Positions 45,815-53,180 of a stretch of 53,180 nucleotides of DNA are shown here, piece by piece. Source of the DNA: a virus (lineage: Duplodnaviria; Caudoviricetes); IMG/VR virus record IMGVR_UViG_3300012041_000025, positions 1 to 53,180 of that record; one strand, written 5' to 3'. Position numbers and translations under genes: made by a program. The notes beneath the pieces are model-generated. The model ran no database searches. It saw only the letters and a list, made by a program, of their open reading frames with translations, and was not told the DNA's origin. Numbering within the stretch: position 1 is the stretch's first letter; the number at the start of each line of letters is the position of its first letter.

Positions 45815-47940
45815 TTTTTAGCCAGAGATTTTACAGGATTTTTGGATTTAGGTTTTTCATTCACCAGTGCTTCTTTTTTCTTTCCTTCCAGGTCAGTGAT
45901 CTTAGCCAGGATAGTCTGCTCCTGCTTTTTGATATCAGCAAGTGCCTGCTCTTCTATTTTAGAAATGTCAATCCCTTTGAACAAACCCGCGGCTTTCCGG
46001 ATGGCGATGCCACACAGTCTGAATGGATCATCGAGATCATATATCTCGACACTCATAAACTGCCGCAGCAGGAGATTCTTAACCATACCAGGAGCTTTGG
46101 TCATACGTTCCACCATCTGTTCGTCCTTGCTTAGTGCAGGATCGACTTCGACATTCATTTTATTTAAGACGGTTTTGATTGCAGACTGGGTTTTAATACC
46201 AGCTTCATCGTACAGGTGCAAATACACACAAGCCTCCTCGTAACGGTTGAGCGGAATATCACTCAGCTCCACATATGGTTTCAGGTCCTGCAGCTTTTCC
46301 ACGATCGCTTCCTGCGTTTTTACCTGGCCATCCTGCTTTAATTTTTTCAGCGTGGCTTTGCAGGCATTGATCTGCTCTTCATAGGCGGCGGATTTACTAT
46401 GACCACCCGGCGTGATCATGGGCGAATCCGCATCGTCGCTTTTAGTTTTCTTCACAAACTTGATATAAACCACTTTGCCGATTTTGCTACCACCCACCGC
46501 AAAGGACTTCACCGATCCCTTTTCAGCTTTGTTGCTTTCATTGTACTCCGCATATTCCTTCAGCAGTTTGATGTTATTTTTCTTCAGGTAATTCTTTACA
46601 ATGCTATCGACATGATGGGCGTCCGCACTGTGGCCACCGACCACCGGCATATCCGGATCATCGGCTCGCAGCTCTTCCAGTTTTTGAACCAGGTACTTCG
46701 ATGTTTTCAGCTGGAAGCAGGCGCCATCAAAGCAGCGATCCTTTTCTTTGATATCGGTGAATAATACATTACCGCCACCTGATTTTTTTGGACAGGTAGA
46801 ACAGGCGCCGGCGGCGACATACAATTCTGCATCATTGGGATTGAACACTGCATCGTTGATCTTCCGGACCAGCCTATCCTGGATATATTGCTGGACGGTT
46901 TTCAGTGGCTCATACATATCTACTGACGGACCATACTTCGGTTTGCAATCTTTCATGCAAAGCTTTTGATCCGCTTCTGTCAGCCTGGAGAAAACGATCG
47001 CATGACCGATTAGCATTTTGCCGCCATAAAATTCCTTACGCATATCCGGAATAAGGTTATTGAACGAAAGGCGCTGCGCGATATACTCCGGAGTCTTTCC
47101 GAATCGAGCTGCTAATTCACTGACGCTATTCTTTGCAGGATCCACTTCCATCAATGCCTTATAGGCCTGCGCTTCCTTCATTGGATGGACATCCTTACGT
47201 TGCAGGTTCTCGGTGATCTGCAGGTCGAAGGCTTCTTCATCCGTCAGGTTTTTAATGAAGGCTGGAATCTCAGCCTGTCCAGCCATCAGTGATGCCTGGT
47301 AGCGACGTTCACCACACACCAGGAAGTATTTGCCCGGTTTACCATTCGGCCGTAATACGATCGGTTGGATCACCCCTTTCTGTTTGATGCTTTCCGCCAG
47401 CTCCTTCAATGCCGGCTCCTGCAGCTCCCAGTCTTCCCGCTGGTGATGGTTGGTGTCAGATGAATTGATATCGGACATTTTCACGAATTGGAGTTCAGAT
47501 TGTAGCATAGCATTTTTATTTATGTTAGAGGAAGTTTTTTTTGCAGTTTTGACTTTCACCGATACTGAATCATTTTCTCGGAGTTGCTTATTCATCTCGA
47601 TAATAAGGTTGCGCAGTGGATTAAAACTCAAATCCTGGGCTTTCAATTGTGGAGCATTTATAAAATATCGATTGAACTTCTCGAGTATTTTTTGGGCGCC
47701 AACCAACGCCGCTTTTTCTTTTGTTTCGAAAGCATCATCGTCGAGGCCAACACCGCTGGCACCGCCGCCGGTACCCGTCAACGATGAATTGCATGAGTAA
47801 TCATAGCCATAGGCCCAACCAAATTTATTTTGAGCCACGACTATCTCATAACTGATCTTCTTTTTTTCAATATGAGAGAGCACCCGAGTAGGATTGATAC
47901 AGACGCCATGCTTGTTGTAATTGTATTGACCAATATTCAT
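45811..47940 (-). CDS. Large ParB/Spo0J-family protein (PRTRC-ParB-like) with N-terminal extension
   Basis: ELAESIKQKGVIQPI, GERRYQA, ENLQRKD, HTH, CSTCPK..CFD.AC; likely start MNIGQ. Confidence 0.88.
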   Translation of the reverse strand: MNIGQYNYNKHGVCINPTRVLSHIEKKKISYEIVVAQNKFGWAYGYDYSCNSSLTGTGGGASGVGLDDDAFETKEKAALVGAQKILEKFNRYFINAPQLKAQDLSFNPLRNLIIEMNKQLRENDSVSVKVKTAKKTSSNINKNAMLQSELQFVKMSDINSSDTNHHQREDWELQEPALKELAESIKQKGVIQPIVLRPNGKPGKYFLVCGERRYQASLMAGQAEIPAFIKNLTDEEAFDLQITENLQRKDVHPMKEAQAYKALMEVDPAKNSVSELAARFGKTPEYIAQRLSFNNLIPDMRKEFYGGKMLIGHAIVFSRLTEADQKLCMKDCKPKYGPSVDMYEPLKTVQQYIQDRLVRKINDAVFNPNDAELYVAAGACSTCPKKSGGGNVLFTDIKEKDRCFDGACFQLKTSKYLVQKLEELRADDPDMPVVGGHSADAHHVDSIVKNYLKKNNIKLLKEYAEYNESNKAEKGSVKSFAVGGSKIGKVVYIKFVKKTKSDDADSPMITPGGHSKSAAYEEQINACKATLKKLKQDGQVKTQEAIVEKLQDLKPYVELSDIPLNRYEEACVYLHLYDEAGIKTQSAIKTVLNKMNVEVDPALSKDEQMVERMTKAPGMVKNLLLRQFMSVEIYDLDDPFRLCGIAIRKAAGLFKGIDISKIEEQALADIKKQEQTILAKITDLEGKKKEALVNEKPKSKNPVKSLAKK

Positions 47941-48129
47941 AGAAATCTTGATTTTTAATAATGCCGGTCTTTCCCGGCTGTCAGTCTGTTTCGTTCTCTC
48001 AGTTACACCACTCACAGGAGCTAAGGGTATCCCTCTTTCATCAGTGGTGCTGATTAATCCTGCTTTGTACCTGAGCCATTGCCGTTAAACGACTACGGTT
48101 GGAATTTTTATCTTGAATTAATTAAAGAG

Positions 48130-48873
48130 CTAAAAAGGTTGTTTATTAAAATTTCCAATGACCATTCCCGCGTCTGCTACATAAACCACCTTTCCCGTTA
48201 CTTCCTGCACTTCGTTCCTAAACCGCTTCGCATCGCTATTACCATCACTCAAATGTATCAGCACAATGTTATTCACCTGGCTGAGATCATTCGCCTGCAG
48301 TAATTGTTTGCAAGTAGCAAGTGACATATGCGAAGTGATCACGCGATCACGCAAGAATTTTGGATTGGCACCATCCTGCACTCTTTTATCAAGGATCGTT
48401 TGGCAATAGTTCGCTTCAATGATGATATTGTTCAATCCCTTAAAGGTGTACTCGCTATAGTAGCTATCGGTGAGGAAAAGAACGTTGCCACACTCCTGGT
48501 GATGTATGAGGTAGCCAACCGGATCCGCGCAGTCGTGCTTCACGCTAAAAGGAAGTATTTTATATTCTCCCAGTGAAAAAGACTGACCAGGAACAATAGC
48601 ATTAGTGCGGTGGCTGATCGATACGCCCATGGCATTCAGTGAACCGAAAGTCGAATAGACATTAATACCGGCTTTAATTACTTCGTTTACAGACTTGCAG
48701 TGATCAAAGTGCTCGTGACTTATAATGCACCCTACCACTTTCAGAAAATTGAAGTTCAGTGCCTTTTTAATTTTGTCGAACTGAACACCGCACTCAATAA
48801 GTAACGCCTCATGCTCGTTTTCCAGCACGTAAGCGTTACCCGAAGAGTTGCTATTGATAATGGTTAGTCGCAT
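48130..48873 (-). CDS. MBL-fold metallo-hydrolase (putative exonuclease)
   Basis: SSGNAY, SHEHFDH, HD, TD, IEANY, HLS. Confidence 0.9.
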   Translation of the reverse strand: MRLTIINSNSSGNAYVLENEHEALLIECGVQFDKIKKALNFNFLKVVGCIISHEHFDHCKSVNEVIKAGINVYSTFGSLNAMGVSISHRTNAIVPGQSFSLGEYKILPFSVKHDCADPVGYLIHHQECGNVLFLTDSYYSEYTFKGLNNIIIEANYCQTILDKRVQDGANPKFLRDRVITSHMSLATCKQLLQANDLSQVNNIVLIHLSDGNSDAKRFRNEVQEVTGKVVYVADAGMVIGNFNKQPF

Positions 48874-48875
48874 GA

Positions 48876-49727
48876 TTAAAATGGCGCTGTTGCTTGCTGT
48901 CCGTTGTTGGAAAATTGCTCCTGCTGATCTTCATGAACCTGGTCGGCTTCATCCACCGCATTGAATGACATTTCCTTTTTGTTGGCATTAGTTTTTATTT
49001 CGGTCAACGTTTTTTCTGCCACGTCACGATCGTCATCCGTGATGGCTGTTTGTAATTCCGTCGACATGATGCCCCAATGGCTGATCAATCCACGCAACAC
49101 CGTTTTGATAGCCATGGCGTCGAATTCTGTTTTCCATGGCGAGAATGATTGGTTATAGGACTTACTGTATTTCTGAGCGTGTGCCGTTACCCGCTCCTTT
49201 GACATGAACAGGGTTTTGGAAAATCCTTCCTTGGTTTCGAAGTAAGCGAAGTAACCAACGATGGTATCATTCTTTTTGGTGCCGTTAAGATCATACTCAC
49301 CAGTCAGTTTATTGGCCGACCTGAACTCACCATCATACACCACATCAGCATTGATGATGCGGTATTGATTGGTCCGGATGGCCAATTGTAATAGGCCCTT
49401 ATAACCGATCATAAATTGCGGGATCTGCTTGCCATCTTTTTTGAACGGGACGATGTAGGCAAAGCCCAGGGCTTTAATGATAGGGAGTTTTAAGACAGCC
49501 GCTTTCAACGCCTGCATACCTACCAATTCCGGGTGGCAATCCCTGAGAGTGTCATCACCGGTATACAGGTCGATCACGGATGCGATAAACGAATCAGCGT
49601 TATCCTGCATCGCATTCTTTAATTGTGTTTTCACGGTATCCTTTTCAAAAAAGGAAAGCATTACTTCTGATTTCGTTGCTGGTTTTTTGTCCGGCAGGTT
49701 TGCCGCATTGTTTGTCGTAGTACTCAT
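48876..49727 (-). CDS. recT: RecT-family single-strand annealing protein
   Basis: AYIVPF, QFMIGYKGLLQLA, W..FDAMAIKTV. Confidence 0.92.
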   Translation of the reverse strand: MSTTTNNAANLPDKKPATKSEVMLSFFEKDTVKTQLKNAMQDNADSFIASVIDLYTGDDTLRDCHPELVGMQALKAAVLKLPIIKALGFAYIVPFKKDGKQIPQFMIGYKGLLQLAIRTNQYRIINADVVYDGEFRSANKLTGEYDLNGTKKNDTIVGYFAYFETKEGFSKTLFMSKERVTAHAQKYSKSYNQSFSPWKTEFDAMAIKTVLRGLISHWGIMSTELQTAITDDDRDVAEKTLTEIKTNANKKEMSFNAVDEADQVHEDQQEQFSNNGQQATAPF

Positions 49728-49757
49728 TGTATAATTATTAAAAGTTTACAAATTGAT

Positions 49758-51767
49758 TTAAGCCATGGCCATTTCTTCGGTGCGCAGTACCGTCAGCTTT
49801 TTATGCTTCTCCGATACGATCAGGTTGATCAGCTGTGATTTTGTTTCTGGCAGCCGGATAACACTTTCCCGGTTGTCGACCCATACTGGCCCATAGGTAT
49901 CGTAATGATCAGAGAGCGTATTGATGATATCTAATCCGGCTTGTATTTTGGCAGCGGTGTTAGCGTCGGCATAAGGCACACCGTTGATCAGCGTGGTGCA
50001 GGCTTCTACCTGGCCACCATTGATCTGCTCTTCGAATAATTTGAATCGAACGATCTTAAAGCGGCCATTGATCCTACTCTCCAGTGTATCCATTTTTGCT
50101 TTGATGAATTGCTCGATGGAAAACTCGGTTCCTTCCAGGCTGGCCAGCTCCTGCGCCATCGTACTTTCCTGTTCATTCAGTTCTTTGATACGGGCAAGGA
50201 TCCTTTCGCGTTGATCTTTGCCGGATAATTGTTTTTTCCAGTCATCGATCTCCAGCTGCAGTGTCCTTTTACGGCTGACCAGGTCGCTGTTGTTATCGTC
50301 CGGCAATTTGGTGGTGACTTCTTCATTGCGCAGCGTAATCATTTCCTGGATGGCCTTGTACTCTGTATTGTTGCGGATGGCATCATTCACATGCAGCTGC
50401 TCATCGAGCAACAGGCGGTTGTGTTCTTCTTCCAGGGCCACCATATCATTTTGTGCTACTTCCATCACCTCATTCAAAGCCTGGCCCTTATGGGCAATGT
50501 TGCCAAGCTTGGCTTCAATCACTTTTATTTCATCAGCCAATGTCTTCCCTCTTCCAGTTACATCGGCCAGGCGACGGGATTTATCGCCATTGAAGTTGTG
50601 GACCAGTTCAACTTTTTTAGCTTCTACATCAGTTGCTTCGTAGGCTCTCTTACAAGCCGGGCAGTGAAATTCTTTTTCATCGAACACCAGTTGTTCGGCA
50701 TTGATGGATTCCCACTTGGTAACCAATTCGGTTTTTTCTGCCACCAGGTTAATCTTCCTACGCTCCTCATTCAGGTAGTCAGCAGTAAGACGGGACTTAT
50801 CATCGCGCATCGTATTCAATTCACGTTTCTTAAAAAGAATAACTTGTTCCCGGTTGCGCTTGCTGTCCTGCACTTTATTAGCCTCATTGAATTCGATCTG
50901 CAGCGCTTGTTGTTTCAGCTGGCCGATCTCCTTGGTTATGGCCAGCATGTTATCCTGGTAATCTTTCTGCGCCTTGCTTTTACTTTGTAACAAGCTTTCG
51001 ATATTTTCGATATCAATCTGCGCCTGGGCAATCTGGCCTAATAAAACATCGTAGTCTTTAGGTTCCGGGAGTGAACGGTTGGCTTCATCGATTCGTGCCG
51101 GCAGGAGCTCCAGTTCATCTTTCAGCTTTTTCTTTTTAGCAGCAATCTCTTTTTTGAATTCGTCAACTGATTTCTTTTGGGTGAGGGCATTGATCAGCGC
51201 CGTAAAGTTTCCCTTATTCCCGGGAGTGATGATGGCCTCAAACACTTCGTCATTCGATATAGCACCACCAAGCTGCATTAACACGCCACGACGATCCTGC
51301 CACTTCAGTGAATTAAAGTAGTCGGTGTTGGTGATGAGCTTAAAAATATTCTCATTAAATACGTTGGCCACCTTGGCCTGGAACTCACCTTCCTTCAGGG
51401 GCACTTCATTCCAAAAGAAAGATGTTTCATGACCAGAAAAGATGGCTTCCTGTTCACCGCGTTTCTTCACCCACTTCTCGCGCATGGACCGGCGGATATT
51501 TAATTCTTCGCCATCCAGGTTAATGATAGCTTCCACTTCATGGTCCAGTTTGTGGAAGGGTTGATTGTTTTCATCAAGCGTTTTTATTTCAAAGTCTTTT
51601 CGGTCGCTGCTATCCTTACCAAAGAACAGCCAGAGGAAGGCATCCTTCAATGTTGTTTTACCAGTGGCATTGTCGCCACAGATGTTAGTGACCTGGTTGA
51701 ATCCGGTGCTAAAGGACCGGATCCCTTTGAAGTTGGTCAGGGTGAGTTTTTTTAATTCTATTTTCAT
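49758..51767 (-). CDS. SMC/Rad50-like AAA ATPase
   Basis: NFKG, GDNATGKTT, coiled coil, CPAC hook, VWVDNRES; likely start MKIELKK. Confidence 0.88.
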   Translation of the reverse strand: MKIELKKLTLTNFKGIRSFSTGFNQVTNICGDNATGKTTLKDAFLWLFFGKDSSDRKDFEIKTLDENNQPFHKLDHEVEAIINLDGEELNIRRSMREKWVKKRGEQEAIFSGHETSFFWNEVPLKEGEFQAKVANVFNENIFKLITNTDYFNSLKWQDRRGVLMQLGGAISNDEVFEAIITPGNKGNFTALINALTQKKSVDEFKKEIAAKKKKLKDELELLPARIDEANRSLPEPKDYDVLLGQIAQAQIDIENIESLLQSKSKAQKDYQDNMLAITKEIGQLKQQALQIEFNEANKVQDSKRNREQVILFKKRELNTMRDDKSRLTADYLNEERRKINLVAEKTELVTKWESINAEQLVFDEKEFHCPACKRAYEATDVEAKKVELVHNFNGDKSRRLADVTGRGKTLADEIKVIEAKLGNIAHKGQALNEVMEVAQNDMVALEEEHNRLLLDEQLHVNDAIRNNTEYKAIQEMITLRNEEVTTKLPDDNNSDLVSRKRTLQLEIDDWKKQLSGKDQRERILARIKELNEQESTMAQELASLEGTEFSIEQFIKAKMDTLESRINGRFKIVRFKLFEEQINGGQVEACTTLINGVPYADANTAAKIQAGLDIINTLSDHYDTYGPVWVDNRESVIRLPETKSQLINLIVSEKHKKLTVLRTEEMAMA

Positions 51768-51966
51768 AAATCTTATTTTTTTTAGATCCTTAGAAATGGG
51801 AGCCGCCGAACAAACGGCTCCCTTACAAGCCACCATCCCTCTTCCACCTAAGAGGTATCTTTGTTGAGTTAGTAAAAGAACTTTTAAGGAGGCCTGCATA
51901 GACATACAGGCCGTTTTTAATCCAGGTATATAGAAAGCTTCATTGATTGCTCCCTCCTGCCAAACA

Positions 51967-52206
51967 TCATAATTTTGCCAGCGTAGCTGAATCTGGCTTA
52001 CACTCAAATACTATTGTTGATCTATCGCTAAAACCGTGTATCGTTGTCACTACCCAATAGCCATCACTGCGTTGATTCATCCACTGTCTTACCGCATAGT
52101 CCTTTGATCTTTTCGAAGGCTGACACCTGTAGGTAGTACATGATATGACCATCGAAATCATCAATGATAAGTAAACGATGTATAGGATATACCTGGCGGT
52201 TTTCAT
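51967..52206 (-). CDS. Small lipoprotein (79 aa)
   Basis: MKTARY..hydrophobic..VIS-C lipobox. Confidence 0.6.
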   Translation of the reverse strand: MKTARYILYIVYLSLMISMVISCTTYRCQPSKRSKDYAVRQWMNQRSDGYWVVTTIHGFSDRSTIVFECKPDSATLAKL

Positions 52207-52298
52207 TGTATAAATTTTAAAAGGTTTGAAGAGCGGGGCGATAAGAATAAAGCCCCGTTTGTAAGGAACATAATTGACTGAACTTATGAAAAGACTCT

Positions 52299-52466
52299 TT
52301 AATCCGGTTCCAGTAACCAATCTACCTCTTCGGCATATTTATTTTTGTTTGCCTGTTGCTTGCGATCCGCTTTCATCGACACCGCTGTCCAAAGGGCTAT
52401 GACAAAAGCTGCCATGGCAAAAAGAAAAGCAACGATGAATAAGACGGCGGTGATGAGGACTACCAT
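52299..52466 (-). CDS. 55-aa single-TM protein (MVVLITAVLF...)
   Basis: Hand-translated; A-rich start region. Confidence 0.55.
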   Translation of the reverse strand: MVVLITAVLFIVAFLFAMAAFVIALWTAVSMKADRKQQANKNKYAEEVDWLLEPD

Positions 52467-52685
52467 AATTTTTTGTTTTTGTCTTTACAATCGGCGCAAT
52501 AATAGCCGATCAGAAATAATAGGATGGAGGGTAGCAGGATCATCAGTTCTTATAGCCAACATGAATGCAATAATGATTAAAGCAACGACAGATATCTTCC
52601 CATCGGTTCATGTTAAAGGGCAGCTTGTGTGCCCGGGCATATTGGGTTAAAATTTTTACCATCGGAATAACAGGTATACCTCTTG

Positions 52686-52910
52686 TCATATAGGTTGCTT
52701 TAATTGTTCTTTCAAATGAAGGCGTGTGAACATGAGGCGGGCACGGTTGCGACGATCATTCATCGTCATCTCTTCTTCGGCCTTCCCGGGTGGCGCCGCA
52801 TCACTGCGGCGTCCCAGTAAGGATGAAAGTCTCTCGTTTAACTCTGGCCTTCCGGCCAGCGCTGTAGCAAGGATTTCAGATAGCTCAGTGGTAATGTTTT
52901 TTTTAGTCAC
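52686..52910 (-). CDS. Hypothetical protein
   Basis: Co-directional ORF after the Cro-like gene. Confidence 0.55.
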   Translation of the reverse strand: MTKKNITTELSEILATALAGRPELNERLSSLLGRRSDAAPPGKAEEEMTMNDRRNRARLMFTRLHLKEQLKQPI

Positions 52911-52973
52911 GTCTTTATGATAACTTTTGGTTAATGCCCTTAATGAACTTTTGGAGATGTGGAGGCAGGTACC

Positions 52974-53180
52974 TTACTTTGTTGTCTCCCCCGTTGAAAC
53001 CTCTTGCTCCAATACCTGGTCTATTGGAATCCCCGTTTCCTCTGAGATCGCCATTAAGGCTATCATTTTGGTAAGTGGACCATCGTCAGCATTATTTTTA
53101 ATGTGCTTGTAAAGCATCTGGTCGCCGATACCCAATTTTTCTGATATCCCCCTGCGAGACTCGACGTTGTTGATCTGGTC
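52974..53180 (-). CDS. Cro-like HTH protein, 5'-truncated by the window edge
   Basis: ..SRRGISEKLGIGDQMLYKHIKNN..ISEETGIPIDQVLE. Confidence 0.65.
   Translation of the reverse strand, partial: DQINNVESRRGISEKLGIGDQMLYKHIKNNADDGPLTKMIALMAISEETGIPIDQVLEQEVSTGETTK

Larger units (their letters stand above)
1..53180. mobile_element. Temperate siphovirus genome (Bacteroidota host), near-complete, attP configuration
   Basis: Complete packaging, head, tail, lysis, replication and integration modules. Long tape measure and no sheath gene. attP is internal. No host housekeeping genes. Confidence 0.93.

Noticed and set aside
8567-51867. Numerous plus-strand ORFs such as 10132-10740, 11339-12046, 21961-22608 and 50229-50990
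   Set aside because: Antisense shadows of well-supported minus-strand genes
51768-52007. 80-aa N-terminal extension of the AAA ATPase (and similar extensions of ParB and Dit)
   Set aside because: Family motifs begin at the downstream ATG, which has an A-rich context; the extension crosses a hairpin and overlaps the upstream gene
1-53180. Stop-codon reassignment as in some Bacteroidota phages
   Set aside because: All core genes are full length in the standard code, and TAA, TAG and TGA are all used as stops

Overview
The window is most of a ~53 kb temperate siphovirus genome of a Bacteroidota host. Chitinophagaceae-like host affinity is an inference from the TAnnTTTG promoters, A-rich SD-less start regions and Gln+1 signal peptides. 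An intact attP-like site (a tRNA-3'-end core with arm repeats on both sides) lies between the integrase and the lysis genes, so this looks like the excised or circular form, not an integrated prophage. Almost all genes are on the minus strand. From right to left they run: Cro-like gene (truncated), AAA/RecT/MBL recombination module, ParB proteins, SF2 helicase, HNH, replication initiator, DnaB, RuvC-like resolvase, terminases, SPP1-type portal, MuF fused to an ADP-ribosyltransferase, scaffold, decoration protein, capsid, head-tail and tail genes, tape measure, a seven-gene accessory structural block, Dit/Tal, fibres, lysis cassette, attP and integrase. The most unusual points are: three consecutive fibre-region proteins with Sec signal peptides; an orphan response-regulator receiver domain coupled into the lysis cassette; a dense set of promoter/terminator-bounded small-RNA-like units around attP, one with a paralogue 34 kb away; a candidate type I toxin peptide; a degenerate Cys-body tRNA; and the MuF-ART toxin with antisense small genes beside it. 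All calls come from reading motifs by eye; no searches were run.
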